A stretch of 63,475 nucleotides of DNA, filler included, from Choristocarpus tenellus KU-1152 (Eukaryota > Protista > Phaeophyceae): the NCBI GenBank assembly GCA_964200185.2. It is 12 parts of 12 records of this genome, joined end to end, with 100 filler letters (N's around TTAATTAATTAA, not from the genome) between each part and the next. Parts side by side here need not be neighbours in the genome. Positions count along the whole stretch, not along the records: positions 1 to 7,317 come from CAXNAD020006342.1; positions 7,418 to 10,906 come from CAXNAD020019683.1; positions 11,007 to 18,319 come from CAXNAD020006351.1; 9 more parts are not named here. One strand, written 5' to 3'. Numbering within the stretch: the stretch's first letter is position 1; each line of letters starts with the position of its first letter. This document shows positions 1 to 11,338 of the stretch, piece after piece. The translations under genes were made by a program, and so were the position numbers. The notes beneath the pieces were generated by a model, which was not told the origin of the DNA, did no database searches, and was given only the letters and a program-made list of their open reading frames with translations.

Positions 1-1329
1 CTGGTCTCCATGGACCACGATCGGCGCGCAGACTCTGCCGCCACCCTTGCCTCCTTACCCCCTCCTCCATCATCACTATCATCATCAACTTCCAGCTCTT
101 CATCTGAGTCCTAAATGTAAACAACAAACAACAGGGTGAATGAGTGTGTCGATCACAGCTAAGAATTTATATTATAATAATATTTAGTTGGGTTTTTTTT
201 TCCATGCACGGTTTGAGTTTAAAAAAATAGAAAAAAATAAAACGTAATCACACTTGCTAATACCAGACATACTCTAAAGTACATACATATACATCCCTAT
301 CGAAATAATAATAATATCTAAAGGCTATTGCATTTCCTCGCATAGTGTTAGAGGAAAAGAAAAAAAGAGCGCAAATTGAAAGTAAATCACACGCCAGCAC
401 ATCTGTTATAAAACCCTTCTTTGTGTGTATGTGCGTATCCATATTCTCATCAAAAGAAAACCCCTTTGTTCATCAAAGACAAGAAAACACACCACAAGGA
501 AATAGGATATCATACAAACACGACCAAAAATAAGGAGGGGGGGGGAGGGGAAGGAGCAGGCAAATACACCAGCAGCTGAAGGAGGTAGAGAGGAAGAGCC
601 TGTTGCTACCCCATCTCTACTTGCTCCTTTGCCCAAAAAAATCATCAAAGGCACCCTTGACGGCTCGCTTAAGCAGGTAGGTGCTGAGGCATAGAGCTTG
701 AGGGAAGACCCAGCATGCAATCTCAGCCGAGAGATCAACATGGAAGGCGTTTTGGCCCCTTGACTCGCCCAGTGGTTAGTATGCAAGATCAATTGCCAAG
801 TCCATGAAGGGACTTGCACGCAAAGATTGGTAGGTTTTCCACTGTGACATGAGGCGCCGAGATAACTCGGAAGAGTCAAACCTTCCCAGAACCTTCTGCT
901 GCCCAGTCCTTGTGTGTATCAGTCCTTGCCCCCTTAACAAAGCGCTTCGACGAACGTACAGGACAGGGCAGTACATTGAAGGCGGTTTTTGACTTCTGCG
1001 AGTGCTCAACGCCTCCTATCACAATGGAAAACCTACCCCTCTCGCGTTCGACGTCATCGTGGAATTGGCAACGATCTTGTACAAAAAAACGATGGGCGAG
1101 TCGAGGAACAAAAATGTCTTCCATGTTGAACTCTCAGTCCAGACTGTCAGGTTCTACGAAACACTACTTCGGGATTTGGTCGAGGGGTCAAAAGAGCCGG
1201 TGTGTCGGTACAAAAGGGCTGCTCCATGGCCCGTAATCAGAAAAAAACATTACCGTTAATTCTATGTATCAAGTTCTAGAACTCCAGGGTATAAAAAAAA
1301 AGATAATTCATGAAGAGTAAAAAAAAAAA

Positions 1330-1610
1330 GTGGTGTGGGACAGAAACCAACAACGCAGCAGGGCACCACTTGGTCTCACCCCTTCTTCTTGCTGCTCCAA
1401 GAGGTCATCATCTTCGGAGTCTGTTCCCTGGTCCTCGAACTCTTCTGAATCATCCCCAGATTCTTCTTCTCCTGAGACCTCGTCGCCATCCTCTGAGTTG
1501 CTCTCTACTTCCTCGTCATCGTCTGAGGTGTCGTTCTCAGCCTTATCCCCCTCTTCTTCACCTTCTTCACCATCTTCGTCACTGGATGAAGCTACTTCCA
1601 AGAGGGTTTT
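1330..1610 (-). CDS. Highly acidic low-complexity coding segment, product unknown (a similar acidic segment lies at 1-110)
   Basis: Open frame SSSDEDGEEGEEEGDKAENDTSDDDEEVESNSEDGDE...; no recognisable domain. Confidence 0.35.
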
Positions 1611-1899
1611 CCGTTTGTTCATTATTGATAGTTTGTTGTGCATTCGGGGGATTGAACATGGTGGGTGGGCCAGGCCAGGAGAATGGGGGTGGTCGGGTGG
1701 ATGTATGGATGGGAGGGAGACATGAGGAATAACAATTTCAATACATTAGGAAGGCATTATCAGTTTCTTATTATACTCAAGGGTCAAGGCATTTCACACG
1801 TGGGAGTGTAGGTAGGTATTGGAGATTTTTTTTTTGAAACATCCATGGTGCTGGAAGCAGAGACAGTGATGTTGGTGGTATGTGGTCGGAAGACTTTGT

Positions 1900-3730
1900 T
1901 GTGGAAGGGAGGATTAGCTGGGGGTGATCTTCCTCACTCCCCGTATAGCACACATCTGTTGCCGTTTAAGCACAGCACTAGGTTGAACTTGGTTATAAAT
2001 ATACTCTTACTACTTCAACACAAAATACCGGTACACTGACTGCACCCAGTAATACAATAACAATAATAATGGCTATGATATTTGAAAAACAATGCACGAA
2101 TGTGAATACATCATAGAAGTAGAAATAGAAATAAAAAGCAAGACTCTCGAAACTCTGCAGAGAGTAGAAATGAAATCCACGCATGGAACATGTACATTCA
2201 CCTATTGTGCATGGAGTAAACAAAACCTTTTGGAGTATGTTTCATGTCAATATTAATAGATACAAACCATACCAAAACTATAATAGTAGTTGTGCACATC
2301 AACATAAAATAGGAGAATTCTTTTAAGAAGCAAAGGGGGGTCCTACAAAACAGCTCAGGCTAACTTCAACATGATCGCTTCAGACTAAATATCACAGCAG
2401 CAATGGCAAGTAGTATCATAGTGTTTTTCTGTCAGGGGCTCTTATGGTCAATTGGATAATAGTGCAGACTGTATGTGTTGTCTTTCACCTCTATATACAT
2501 ATGGGGTCAACAAATGGAGACCATTTCTCGCTGTGGTAGCAAACTAGCCCTAAATACAACAAGGCAATTTGAATACAATAGATGAGGTTGACATGGTCCG
2601 TATAAACAGCTTCCTTTGCAAATAAGAGTACATCGTTGGGATGGATATGCATCGCACACACATTTGGACATAAGATAACCCCAACCCCTTCCGTTGTCCA
2701 GACTCTAAAAAGCCTCACCCAGGATAAATGTACACAATAGACAAACACGACATGTTATTGCTTGCTTGTTCTGTACCATCGTACTCGTAGTGACCTGTTG
2801 TCATTCATTGCAATGTGTAATAAATCTGTAGTACGAGTCAAGAGACTATTGCCTGTAGAGAAACATAGAACTGCTCCCTGGGTCTAAATCGAACAACAGA
2901 ATATGTATCATAGCAGGTATGGCAGGAAAGAGTGAGGCCAAGGGAGCATTTCGGAGGAAGCAAAATCCGCGTGACGTTGGAGCTCCGGGAGTATGTGCTC
3001 CATATCCTTAATTTTCTTGTGGGCAGATCATGTCACCTTCAAGTTCCGACGGACCACTCGTCTCCTCCTCGTCATCCTCTTCCGGGGCTCGAGGCCTCCT
3101 AAGACTTCGCTTCCCGTTGGTTCCTCCACCGATAGATGCCTGGGATCGATAATTACTCTATGTCAAGATTTTGAATGCGAGGTTGTCGTATCTTATTCTG
3201 GCTGGTACGCTTGCGCAGAACGGTGAGGACACCAATGCTAATTTGCTACACCTCGTCTGGGCTCGTCCTGTGCAACACCAACTTCAATTCAGGATTGATG
3301 ACATCTCCAAGAGAGCTGTTGCCCTCTTCGATTCCTCAACTACTTCTTGATGTATTTAGTAGTCGTTTAGTCATGTAGTGGAACAGATACTAACTTAGGA
3401 TCTAAAGGCCAAGCACTCTCCGTGTATACCACATCACAGTTTAGACCTTCACCACATCAATGCTAAAAGAATACTTATCCTCATAACAAGTTGCAATGTA
3501 CTCGATATATGTTGGAAAGACAGTGTGCTCGATATTGAGGCTTACATGTCTCGATGGAGAGCCAACAAATGAGCCTTGACCTCCAGGAACCTTCCTTGTG
3601 CTACCATTGCTTGACCCTGCCCTACCGTCCACAGCCCTTGGACTACCTTTACCTTGACCTACATTGTTCCTCTGCGAGGTGGAACCAAACTTCTCCTCAG
3701 TAGGCAAGCGTTTCTTCCCCTTCATTGCAA
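1900..3730 (-). pseudogene. Decayed KDZ/Zisupton-like transposase remnant
   Basis: Minus-strand fragments in a plausible order: HCNE*..HYEYDGTEQASNNMSCLSIVY (CxC-YDG-like, ~2820-2730), then FTPCTIGECTCSMRGFHFYSLQSFESLAF (~2223-2135, resembling the KDZ FTPG..C.HG..GF..ES block); many stops and frameshifts. Confidence 0.35.
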
Positions 3731-3982
3731 TTTGAGTACAAGACCAACTATTGCACACTGGACTAACTACTTCGTGTTGCACACAACCGCACAAAACTAT
3801 CCATTGGGTTTCTATATTGTGCGACGCGTTTGTATTAACTCACCCATCCATTATAGTATCACACTATCATCAATAGAGGTGGAATGACCTCTAACACGCC
3901 ACGATTGATTCTGGTGTTTTTTCCAACCCAATGCTAACCACTTTCGACAGTGCTTTATGCAACTTGGGGGAAGACAAAGAAA

Positions 3983-5281
3983 ATGGTGCCAGATGACCAA
4001 GGGTTGCAGTGTGTACTTCCTCATGTCCAACAATCGGGTTGGCTTTTCCCTGAGGAAATCAAACAATTTCAGGTGACATCGTTAGGTTTGTGTAAGATCT
4101 GTCGGGAAATGACCAGCTTCCACATGCGAGTGTCTGGTGCAACCCCTCATTGGCTAATGAGATTTTGCCTCTTGGGCGCTCAGACCATGGGACTTGCTTC
4201 ACGCGTGCCTCTTTTTATCATCCATAAGTTGACCTGGAACCGAGTCCAATGGCATTGGTTGCCACCAGAAGAAACTGGGGCATCAAACACTGGGATTTTT
4301 ATCGATGGGACGGTGCAACCTGTGGTGTGGCCGATCGGACTCAAGGAGCTCACGATTGGATTCGAGACCAAACAGAGGATAGATATCATCTTGTGGCCAT
4401 TAGAGCTGCAAGAGCTAACACTCGGATACGCGTTCAACATGCCCGTGGACGAGGTAGTGTGGCCGTCAGGAATAATTCGACTAACGTTTGGTAGCATGTT
4501 CAACCAACCTGTGGATGGGGTGGAGTGGCCCACGGGACTCAAGCAGCTCACATTTGGAGATAGTTTTAACCAGTCGTTGAACAAAATACTTTGGCCAAAA
4601 GAACTCAAGATCCTCACTTTTGGAAGAGATTTCAACCAGCCGGTGGACGGGTTTGTGTGGCCGCCAGGTCTTGAGCAGCTCACATTCGGAATGTGCTTTA
4701 ACCAGATTGTGGACCATGTTGTGTGGCCAACGGGGTTGAAAAAGCTGGATCTTGGGCAACATTTCGATCATAGGGTGGACAACGTAACATGGCCAGCAGG
4801 TCTCGAGCAACTGAATCTTGGCCACAACTTTGACCATTTTTTGGAGAGAGTGAGTTTGCCCTCTGGACTTCGGGAGCTAATGTTGGGATACTATTTCAAC
4901 CAAAAGGTTGATAGGGTTGTGTGGCCAAGGGGGCTCCAGACACTGACATTTGGCCAATGCTTCAACCAGTCCATTGACAGGGTCGTTTTTCCCACACAAC
5001 TCCAGCAACTCACCTTCGGGAAATGCTTCAACAAGGCAGTTGATGGGTTGGCATGGCCAGTAGGTCTTAAAAAGCTTACTTTTGGGATGTACTTCAACCA
5101 GCCAGTGGAAAGTGTGGTGTGGCCAGCAGGCCTCCAGGAGCTTACGTTTGGACACTGCTTCGATCAGGCTGTGGACCGGGTGGTGTGGCCTGAAGGGCTT
5201 CGTCAACTGAGTTTTGGAGACATGTTTAATCACAGAGTGGACACCAAACTGTTACCAGCATTTGTGACGGTGACTCTTTGA
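3983..5281 (+). CDS. Intronless FNIP-repeat protein (~14 x 22-aa repeats) with a possible F-box-like N-terminus
   Basis: Uninterrupted ORF, first ATG at 3983; repeat consensus LxQLTFGxxFNQxVDxVVWPxG is the FNIP signature. Confidence 0.88.
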   Translation: MVPDDQGLQCVLPHVQQSGWLFPEEIKQFQVTSLGLCKICREMTSFHMRVSGATPHWLMRFCLLGAQTMGLASRVPLFIIHKLTWNRVQWHWLPPEETGASNTGIFIDGTVQPVVWPIGLKELTIGFETKQRIDIILWPLELQELTLGYAFNMPVDEVVWPSGIIRLTFGSMFNQPVDGVEWPTGLKQLTFGDSFNQSLNKILWPKELKILTFGRDFNQPVDGFVWPPGLEQLTFGMCFNQIVDHVVWPTGLKKLDLGQHFDHRVDNVTWPAGLEQLNLGHNFDHFLERVSLPSGLRELMLGYYFNQKVDRVVWPRGLQTLTFGQCFNQSIDRVVFPTQLQQLTFGKCFNKAVDGLAWPVGLKKLTFGMYFNQPVESVVWPAGLQELTFGHCFDQAVDRVVWPEGLRQLSFGDMFNHRVDTKLLPAFVTVTL

Positions 5282-5559
5282 TTTCTCGATTTTTCTGCTG
5301 CCTGAGGATTGCGATACTCCGTCTGTGGTTTGTTTAGAGAGGAATTGACTTCCAGTCCATGGTCTGGTCTGGCAATGGAATTTACTATATCTGTAAATGA
5401 GATGTACGTGACTGATTTATGTTGCTCCAATTGCATCGTTTCTTGTGGATAATTGCTTTGCCGAGTAGATTAAAAGTGATGGAAGACAAGGGGAGAGTAT
5501 GAACCCCATGAAGGACGTGTAGTGTACATAATATTGTGAAGAAGGGAGGAGTGTTGTTT

Positions 5560-6500
5560 GCCGTGATTAGATATCTAGTTGAGATCAGCGTACATATTCA
5601 CAAATCATGGATAAATACTATTGTCAATCTTCTGACCTTCAAACAGGACACTTTTGCCACCCTCTCCTGTCTGTGGGTTTTGCCTCAATACACATCACTG
5701 TACATTGTTGGGTTTTATAATGACTTGATTGGCATTGCTAAACGGATGTCACAAGAAAATGATCTACTTCTGGAAGTGTCAAACAATAGTACCTATTTCA
5801 AACTAGAGTGGATGCCCACCCTGATGATCTCTCCTTGTCAACCCTCAGTTCCTTCCCTTCCCTTGCATCGTGGTGCTCATCATCACAACAGCATCAGTGA
5901 TACAGGGTCAGGATATGAGTTACCAATGTCTCGTCAGTTGCATATATACTTCGAAGTAGATACACTTGGTCCAATGTACTCAGCTAATAGAGTTGAAGTG
6001 GTCTAAGGTACACAGGGGTAAAGAGTACCAACTAATCTAGAGCAGATAGGGTTAGCAACTTTCAAGTTTTAGAGGCTAATATAATCAATTTGGTGAAAGA
6101 AAGCCAGCCCATTGCCTCTGCTATATTTCCGAAACACAGGAGTATAATCACCTATCAACAACATCATCATGACATCACATTTACTATGAGAGAAATGTGT
6201 ACCCCTTCAATCAGCAACACCACGCCTGGAAAATAAGACATAATTCGACAGGCTTGTTCCTTTACTGGTCATACTTGCTGTTGTTTCAATAGAGCATGTA
6301 GCACATGATATGAATCCATTCTTGACCATTCCGTTCAGATCTGATGCAAAATAGGTTATCATCAGATTCCTTGAGCATGGGAGTGTGTTCGGAATGCATA
6401 TCTACTATGTTAGAGCTACCAGAAGGTGCCGCTTGAATTCTCTCAACTCCCAAGTCGCTTCGTTCAGCAGTTCTACCACTTTGTAAGTACTTATCCACCC
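5560..6500 (-). pseudogene. Possible decayed hAT-like (zinc finger + DDE) transposase
   Basis: Fragments MDKYLQ..., GFISCATC (CxxC) and a degenerate xDExTD-like stretch near 5890-5850; heavily disrupted. Confidence 0.25.
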
Positions 6501-7242
6501 ACTAGCCAACGTAAATTGTCACAGCCAGCAGTCACAAGACGGACTTGAGCACAAAATACTCCTTTGAAAACTACTTTTTTTGTTCTATAATCTAGTACTC
6601 TGCAGCATGTAAATTCTGTTTTCCCCCCAGTGGCATTTTACAGAGGTTTTGAGGAGGAAGAACATTACGAAAAAGTGCGGCACAATTCGGAATTTCTTGT
6701 TTTAAATTAACAAACACGGTCAAGGTTTGTGATGATTTTTTTATAATTGAAGTTCTAATACAACAAACAACACGATATATTTTATTATTATGTCCAGTAG
6801 TGAGGGAAGAATCTCCAGTCCATCAGGTCCTGCCTGGCACACCCGATTAATGCCTCAAGGTAGTGACCGAGCGCATCACACACCCTGGAATCGTACCTGT
6901 GCTGATGATGCTGCCACATTACATCTCGGGCATACCTTCGCTTTTTCCTGCTAAAAACCCATCACTGCTACCCTACTACTGCCTACATCATGAACGAGTC
7001 CCTCAAGACCTCTACCCCATCCAAGTATTGCTGGTGTTCTGTTTCTAGGATGCCGAGATGCTGGAAGTGTGCTACCACACCGCAGAGATGATTGGGTAAA
7101 AACCGCAAGAGGCACTGCCATTACAATGGGCGCTTCTTTCTGTATCTCATGGTCAAAGCCGACAGAAGTGACCGTGTCACTTTTAAAAAAAATCTTGGAG
7201 GCAACAAAAATGCACTGACTAGCGACTGATGATTAGGTAAGG

Positions 7243-7317
7243 AACAGCCTCTCAGCAAAATTGAGGATGGAGCATACTATGGAGGATCATTTTGACCCAA
7301 AATGGTTCGCAGAAAGT
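7243..7317 (-). mobile_element. Partial copy of the AACAG-terminated MITE (family B), cut by contig end
   Basis: aacagcc..aaaattgaggatggagc..gaggat..ttgacccaaaat matches the reverse complement of the right part of 20062-20187. Confidence 0.65.
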
Positions 7318-7417
7318 NNNNNNNNNNNNNNNNNNNNNNNNNNNNNNNNNNNNNNNNNNNNTTAATTAATTAANNNNNNNNNNNNNNNNNNNNNNNNNNN
7401 NNNNNNNNNNNNNNNNN
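7318..7417. other. Artificial contig spacer N44-TTAATTAATTAA-N44 (also 10907-11006, 18320-18419, 21151-21250, 25023-25122, 30810-30909, 34528-34627, 39701-39800, 48517-48616, 56282-56381, 59504-59603)
   Basis: Eleven identical 100-nt blocks; TTAATTAATTAA gives stops in all six frames. Confidence 0.97.
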
Positions 7418-8847
7418 TGTGGGGGGGGGGGCCCCATAAAGGGGTACAACTCCCCTTATGCGGACCAAAACAAAACCCCCCCCCCCCCCTAATAACATCC
7501 GAGCCATCTTCTCCTCCTGCTCTAGCCCCAAAATAAAACGTTCCAGTTCGGAAAGGGGTCATGGGAGCACTGTCCCAAGCCCCACACCCTTCGGCTCTAA
7601 ACCTGACTGCAAAGGGTGGTGAGGATACTTGAACCGATGTAGGGGGAACAGCTCCCACGCTGAAGGAGATAGAAGGCAGAGGGTGGGTGGAGGTGTATGA
7701 AATTATCAGCACTGCATGTGTTTGTGTTGGAGTACATATATGTGCTGGTATATAGTGGATGAATGCCTTGCAGAGCATCAACTCCAACAGCAACACCGGA
7801 AGCTTTAAAAAACATACACATTATATGCCGTGGGCATACATAGGACTCAGTACACTCAAGTTTGTTCCTCACCCGTCCTTGCACTGCTTCTTTCTCCTCC
7901 TCAGACCCTCAGAAGTGGGACTGCCCCTGGCCCTGGATCGTAACTTAATAAAAGATCTGGTTTCATCCTCAGGAGGACCCCCAGCCTGGCAGTCGCTCCC
8001 CACCCGGGATTCTTTCCCCACCTCCAAAGTGTTTCCTCCACAAAAGGGCTCTCCTGACTGGAGTTGGTCCTCCACAGCAACAGAGGTTTCCCCCTCCTCA
8101 ACCACACCGCTAGCCACAAGGGTGATCTCGGTCTTTGAACCTTCTCCTCCTCCCACCATGTCCCCCCCAGAGGAGTCATCACCACCCTGGATGGTATCGC
8201 GTACTACCAGGGGAGATGGTCCTCTGGCATCAGGCCTGTAGCTACAAGCCCTGCTTCTGCCCATTCCACTAGCCCCAGGGGCTGCTCCAGTCCGAGCCAT
8301 TGCCCTGGCCTTTGCGATACCCCTCCAGAGGACTATACCAGCAATGCTGATACCACATACCAGGTATGGGAGACATGCTTGGTAGCTGTGCATCATGTGA
8401 TCGGAGGAGCAGGGGTTTAGAGGGAAACAGAAAAGAGTAGTGGTCAGTCCAAGTGATTCAGGGAGGCATGTTAACAAGAAATATTGATGATTCTTCATAG
8501 AGTGAGATATCTATTGCTCTATCCTGGAGAAACGCTACCAGTTGGTGGAGTGGACCATCCAAGAAGAGGGACAACTCGGCCAGATAACACCCATCTCATG
8601 CCCTGCTTAGTGTTTGAGGAATTATGCAAACAACGCCCCCAGGGTGGCATCGTGTGAACTCTAGCATGAGTGAATAAAGTCGGAGTTATCCGAGTACTAT
8701 GGTATCATGTTTAGTGCTTCATATTCCTCGAGATATAGTTTCCCTGCATTACCGTGAAATCACCATACATGCGGTTGGACATACTGCTCGGCAGGACAAA
8801 GCAAGCACAAAATAAATGTTCATTGCCCAGGTCCAGGTGAATCTGGT

Positions 8848-9104
8848 GAGTGAAAGTATCTTAGAGGGTACTAGTTTTGCCCTGTTTGTCCGTTTGGGAC
8901 TTGGCTTCCCATGGGGTGTTTTATGACATTTACCTACTCCAAAATGTTTTGGAGTAAGCAAATGTGTATGTTATGAGAAGGTGTGTCCGGAACAAGGATA
9001 TTGACGCTTTCCAACAAACACGATAGCCAAAATTGCATCAAAATCGCAACATTAGATTCTGGCCTCCAAATGGACGCGGCTCTACCTCTAAGATACTTCA
9101 ATTC
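8848..9104 (+). mobile_element. MITE family A (Sola2-like), full copy
   Basis: TIR GAGTGAAAGTATCTTAGAGGGTA, degenerate right TIR; TSD TGGT. Confidence 0.9.
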
Positions 9105-9195
9105 TGGTAGGATCTACTCCTCAGAACTTCAAGCACTCACACGTCTATACTCAACCAATTAATCGAGTTTCTTATCCACAATAAAAAACTCCACA

Positions 9196-9457
9196 GAGTG
9201 AAAGTATCTTAAAGGGTGCGAGTTTTGCCCTGTTTGTCCAATTGGGATTTGGCTTCCCAGAGAGTTTTTTATTCCATTTTTCCTACTCCAAAATATTTCC
9301 GAGTAGGCAAAATGTATATACGTTATGAAAAGGTGTGTCCGAAAAAAGGATATTGACGCTTCCTAACAAACACGATAGCCGAAAATACATCAAAATCGCA
9401 ACATTGGACTGTGGCCCCCAAACGGACGCAGATCTATCCTCTAAGATAATTTGGTTC
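9196..9457 (+). mobile_element. MITE family A, full copy
   Basis: Both TIRs; TSD CACA. Confidence 0.9.
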
Positions 9458-9469
9458 CACAGGACCTAC

Positions 9470-10850
9470 CAAAAAATGTCCACAACACAATCCACATGTA
9501 AGTTCTAGGTTGAGGTAATTAAGTCCTTGGAAATGGGGAGGGAGCGGGTTGGACTGGTAAGGGAAGGAACGGCAGGTGCAGTGATCACCACACTTCACTA
9601 TTGAAAAGGATGACGGAGAGATAGGGGTCAGTCATTGACTAAGGGACATGTATAGTGACCAAGGGCAATTCCAGCTAACACCAATAATCGTCAATGGAGC
9701 AATATAATTCAACTTTGTCTGGTAGTATATTGTGTCAAGCGCACTGGGGTAGTCTAATCAGCTACTTTAAACAAGAGGAAGCACGTGGTCATTAGCATGT
9801 GGAACAAATGATAAACCACCAGTCAGCTTCCATTCTGAAGTGCAAGTTCAACCTTAGAAAACCTTCACTATTGTAAACCTCTCTTTGTCTTGTGTGCCTC
9901 ACATTGTTGAATCTTCTGTGTTGAGTCCTACCTAGCCATGTATTGGCAATATATATATGAATATGAACATAGACTAATGTTTCCTAGGGACGTTACAGTT
10001 CAAGGATTCCCTTCAGATGAGTAGAACCAAAGTGAAGTAGGAGTCTCAAACCCAACTTCTCCCATCAACATGAACCCCCCTCTTTGACCTCCAAACCAAA
10101 CTTTAATATCCTCCTCTAAGCCAGCCCTGACCCTAGTCATCCTGTGAAGCCTTCATTGAGTCTTCGTTGCATGCGCACAGGAAAATAATGGAATAGTAAG
10201 TAAAAAATAGAAGCATGCCCACTGATCCTACCAAGAGGTTTGCTCACATCGCCCCCTCTCCAAACCATGTCCTAGTTGGAGGTTCCTGCTCCAGCCAAGA
10301 AGGTACTGCAAGCTCGTATTAGACTAGAAGCAAGTGAGGCTACATGGTGTGCAGTCATGTCTTGAATCAGATGCCCAACAGAAAATGTCCAAGCAAGATG
10401 GAAAAATGAGAATGGTTAGAGGCAGTGCAGGGTCAGAGAAAAGTAAACGTTGTAGCTTAGACCAGATCATTTAGCACCAAAGGCAAGGTCAGGAAAGGAG
10501 GACCTATAGAAGGCAGTGCCCTGGACATGGATTGTATTATGGTCGGTACACAAATCAAGGACAAGGAGGCTGATAGGTCATTAGCACACCAATGGAGGAG
10601 GTGTTGGTTCCCTTGGTAGTAATACGTGGAGCCAAAAAGGTTGCAATGGTATTTTTTATGTGTTTGATAGCACAGCTTGGTGCAAGAGTGATCTGGTGCC
10701 TGGTGGTTAGTTTCTCATACCTAGTCTCTTTCATTGGACATTCATACCAGACTGGCCTAACTTGGGCACAATTACAGACAAGGAAATCACAAGCTTGACT
10801 CCTTCCTGACCTCTCCAACAGGGCACTGCACTCAATTAATACCACATCAT
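9470..10850 (-). pseudogene. Decayed non-LTR (LINE) retrotransposon ORF2 fragment
   Basis: Minus-strand LDYPSALDTIYYQTKL..IIGVSW (RT LDxxxAFD-like motif, ~9760-9670) with an upstream SNH (SDH-like endonuclease) stretch; many stops. Confidence 0.4.
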
Positions 10851-10859
10851 ATTCCACTT

Positions 10860-10906
10860 GAGCCAAAGTATCTTAGAGGGTAGAGCCGCGTCCATTTGGG
10901 GATCAA
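10860..10906 (-). mobile_element. MITE family A, end fragment at contig break
   Basis: GAGCCAAAGTATCTTAGAGGGTAGAGCCGCGTCC runs into the spacer. Confidence 0.85.
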
Positions 10907-11338
10907 NNNNNNNNNNNNNNNNNNNNNNNNNNNNNNNNNNNNNNNNNNNNTTAATTAATTAANNNNNNNNNNNNNNNNNNNNNNNNNNNNNNNNNNNNNN
11001 NNNNNNATGTTTAGGACATTTTATATACACATATGTATAGTTTTCATTGGTTTCCCCCTGACACATCTGCAAAATATACATCATTTACACAGTTTCATGA
11101 TTATCTTATTCAAGTTAGAATATTATATTATTATTTTTATTGATATTTTGTAGATGTATTAAGGAAAAGTCATCATATTGAAACGATTTAAATTGATAAT
11201 ATTGATATTCTACTCTTACTACACCACTTAATACTCCTTTTGAAGAGGCCAAATAGTTCGCACACTGTTCAACACGTCCAACTCTTCACGTACATAATCA
11301 ATTTGAAACACAACCTCATATACTGCTTGTGTTGTAGG

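Noticed and set aside
4180-5233. Antisense ORFs over the FNIP gene
   Set aside because: Shadow frames of a repetitive coding sequence
7869-8498. 209-aa minus-strand ORF
   Set aside because: Low-complexity G/E/S-rich with no domain; may be an exon but cannot be assigned
8749-8961. Recurrent short ORFs such as PKHFGVGKC...RAKLVPSKILSL (also 22121, 24632, 28605) as a peptide gene family
   Set aside because: They are chance translations of MITE family A copies with inconsistent frames and stops
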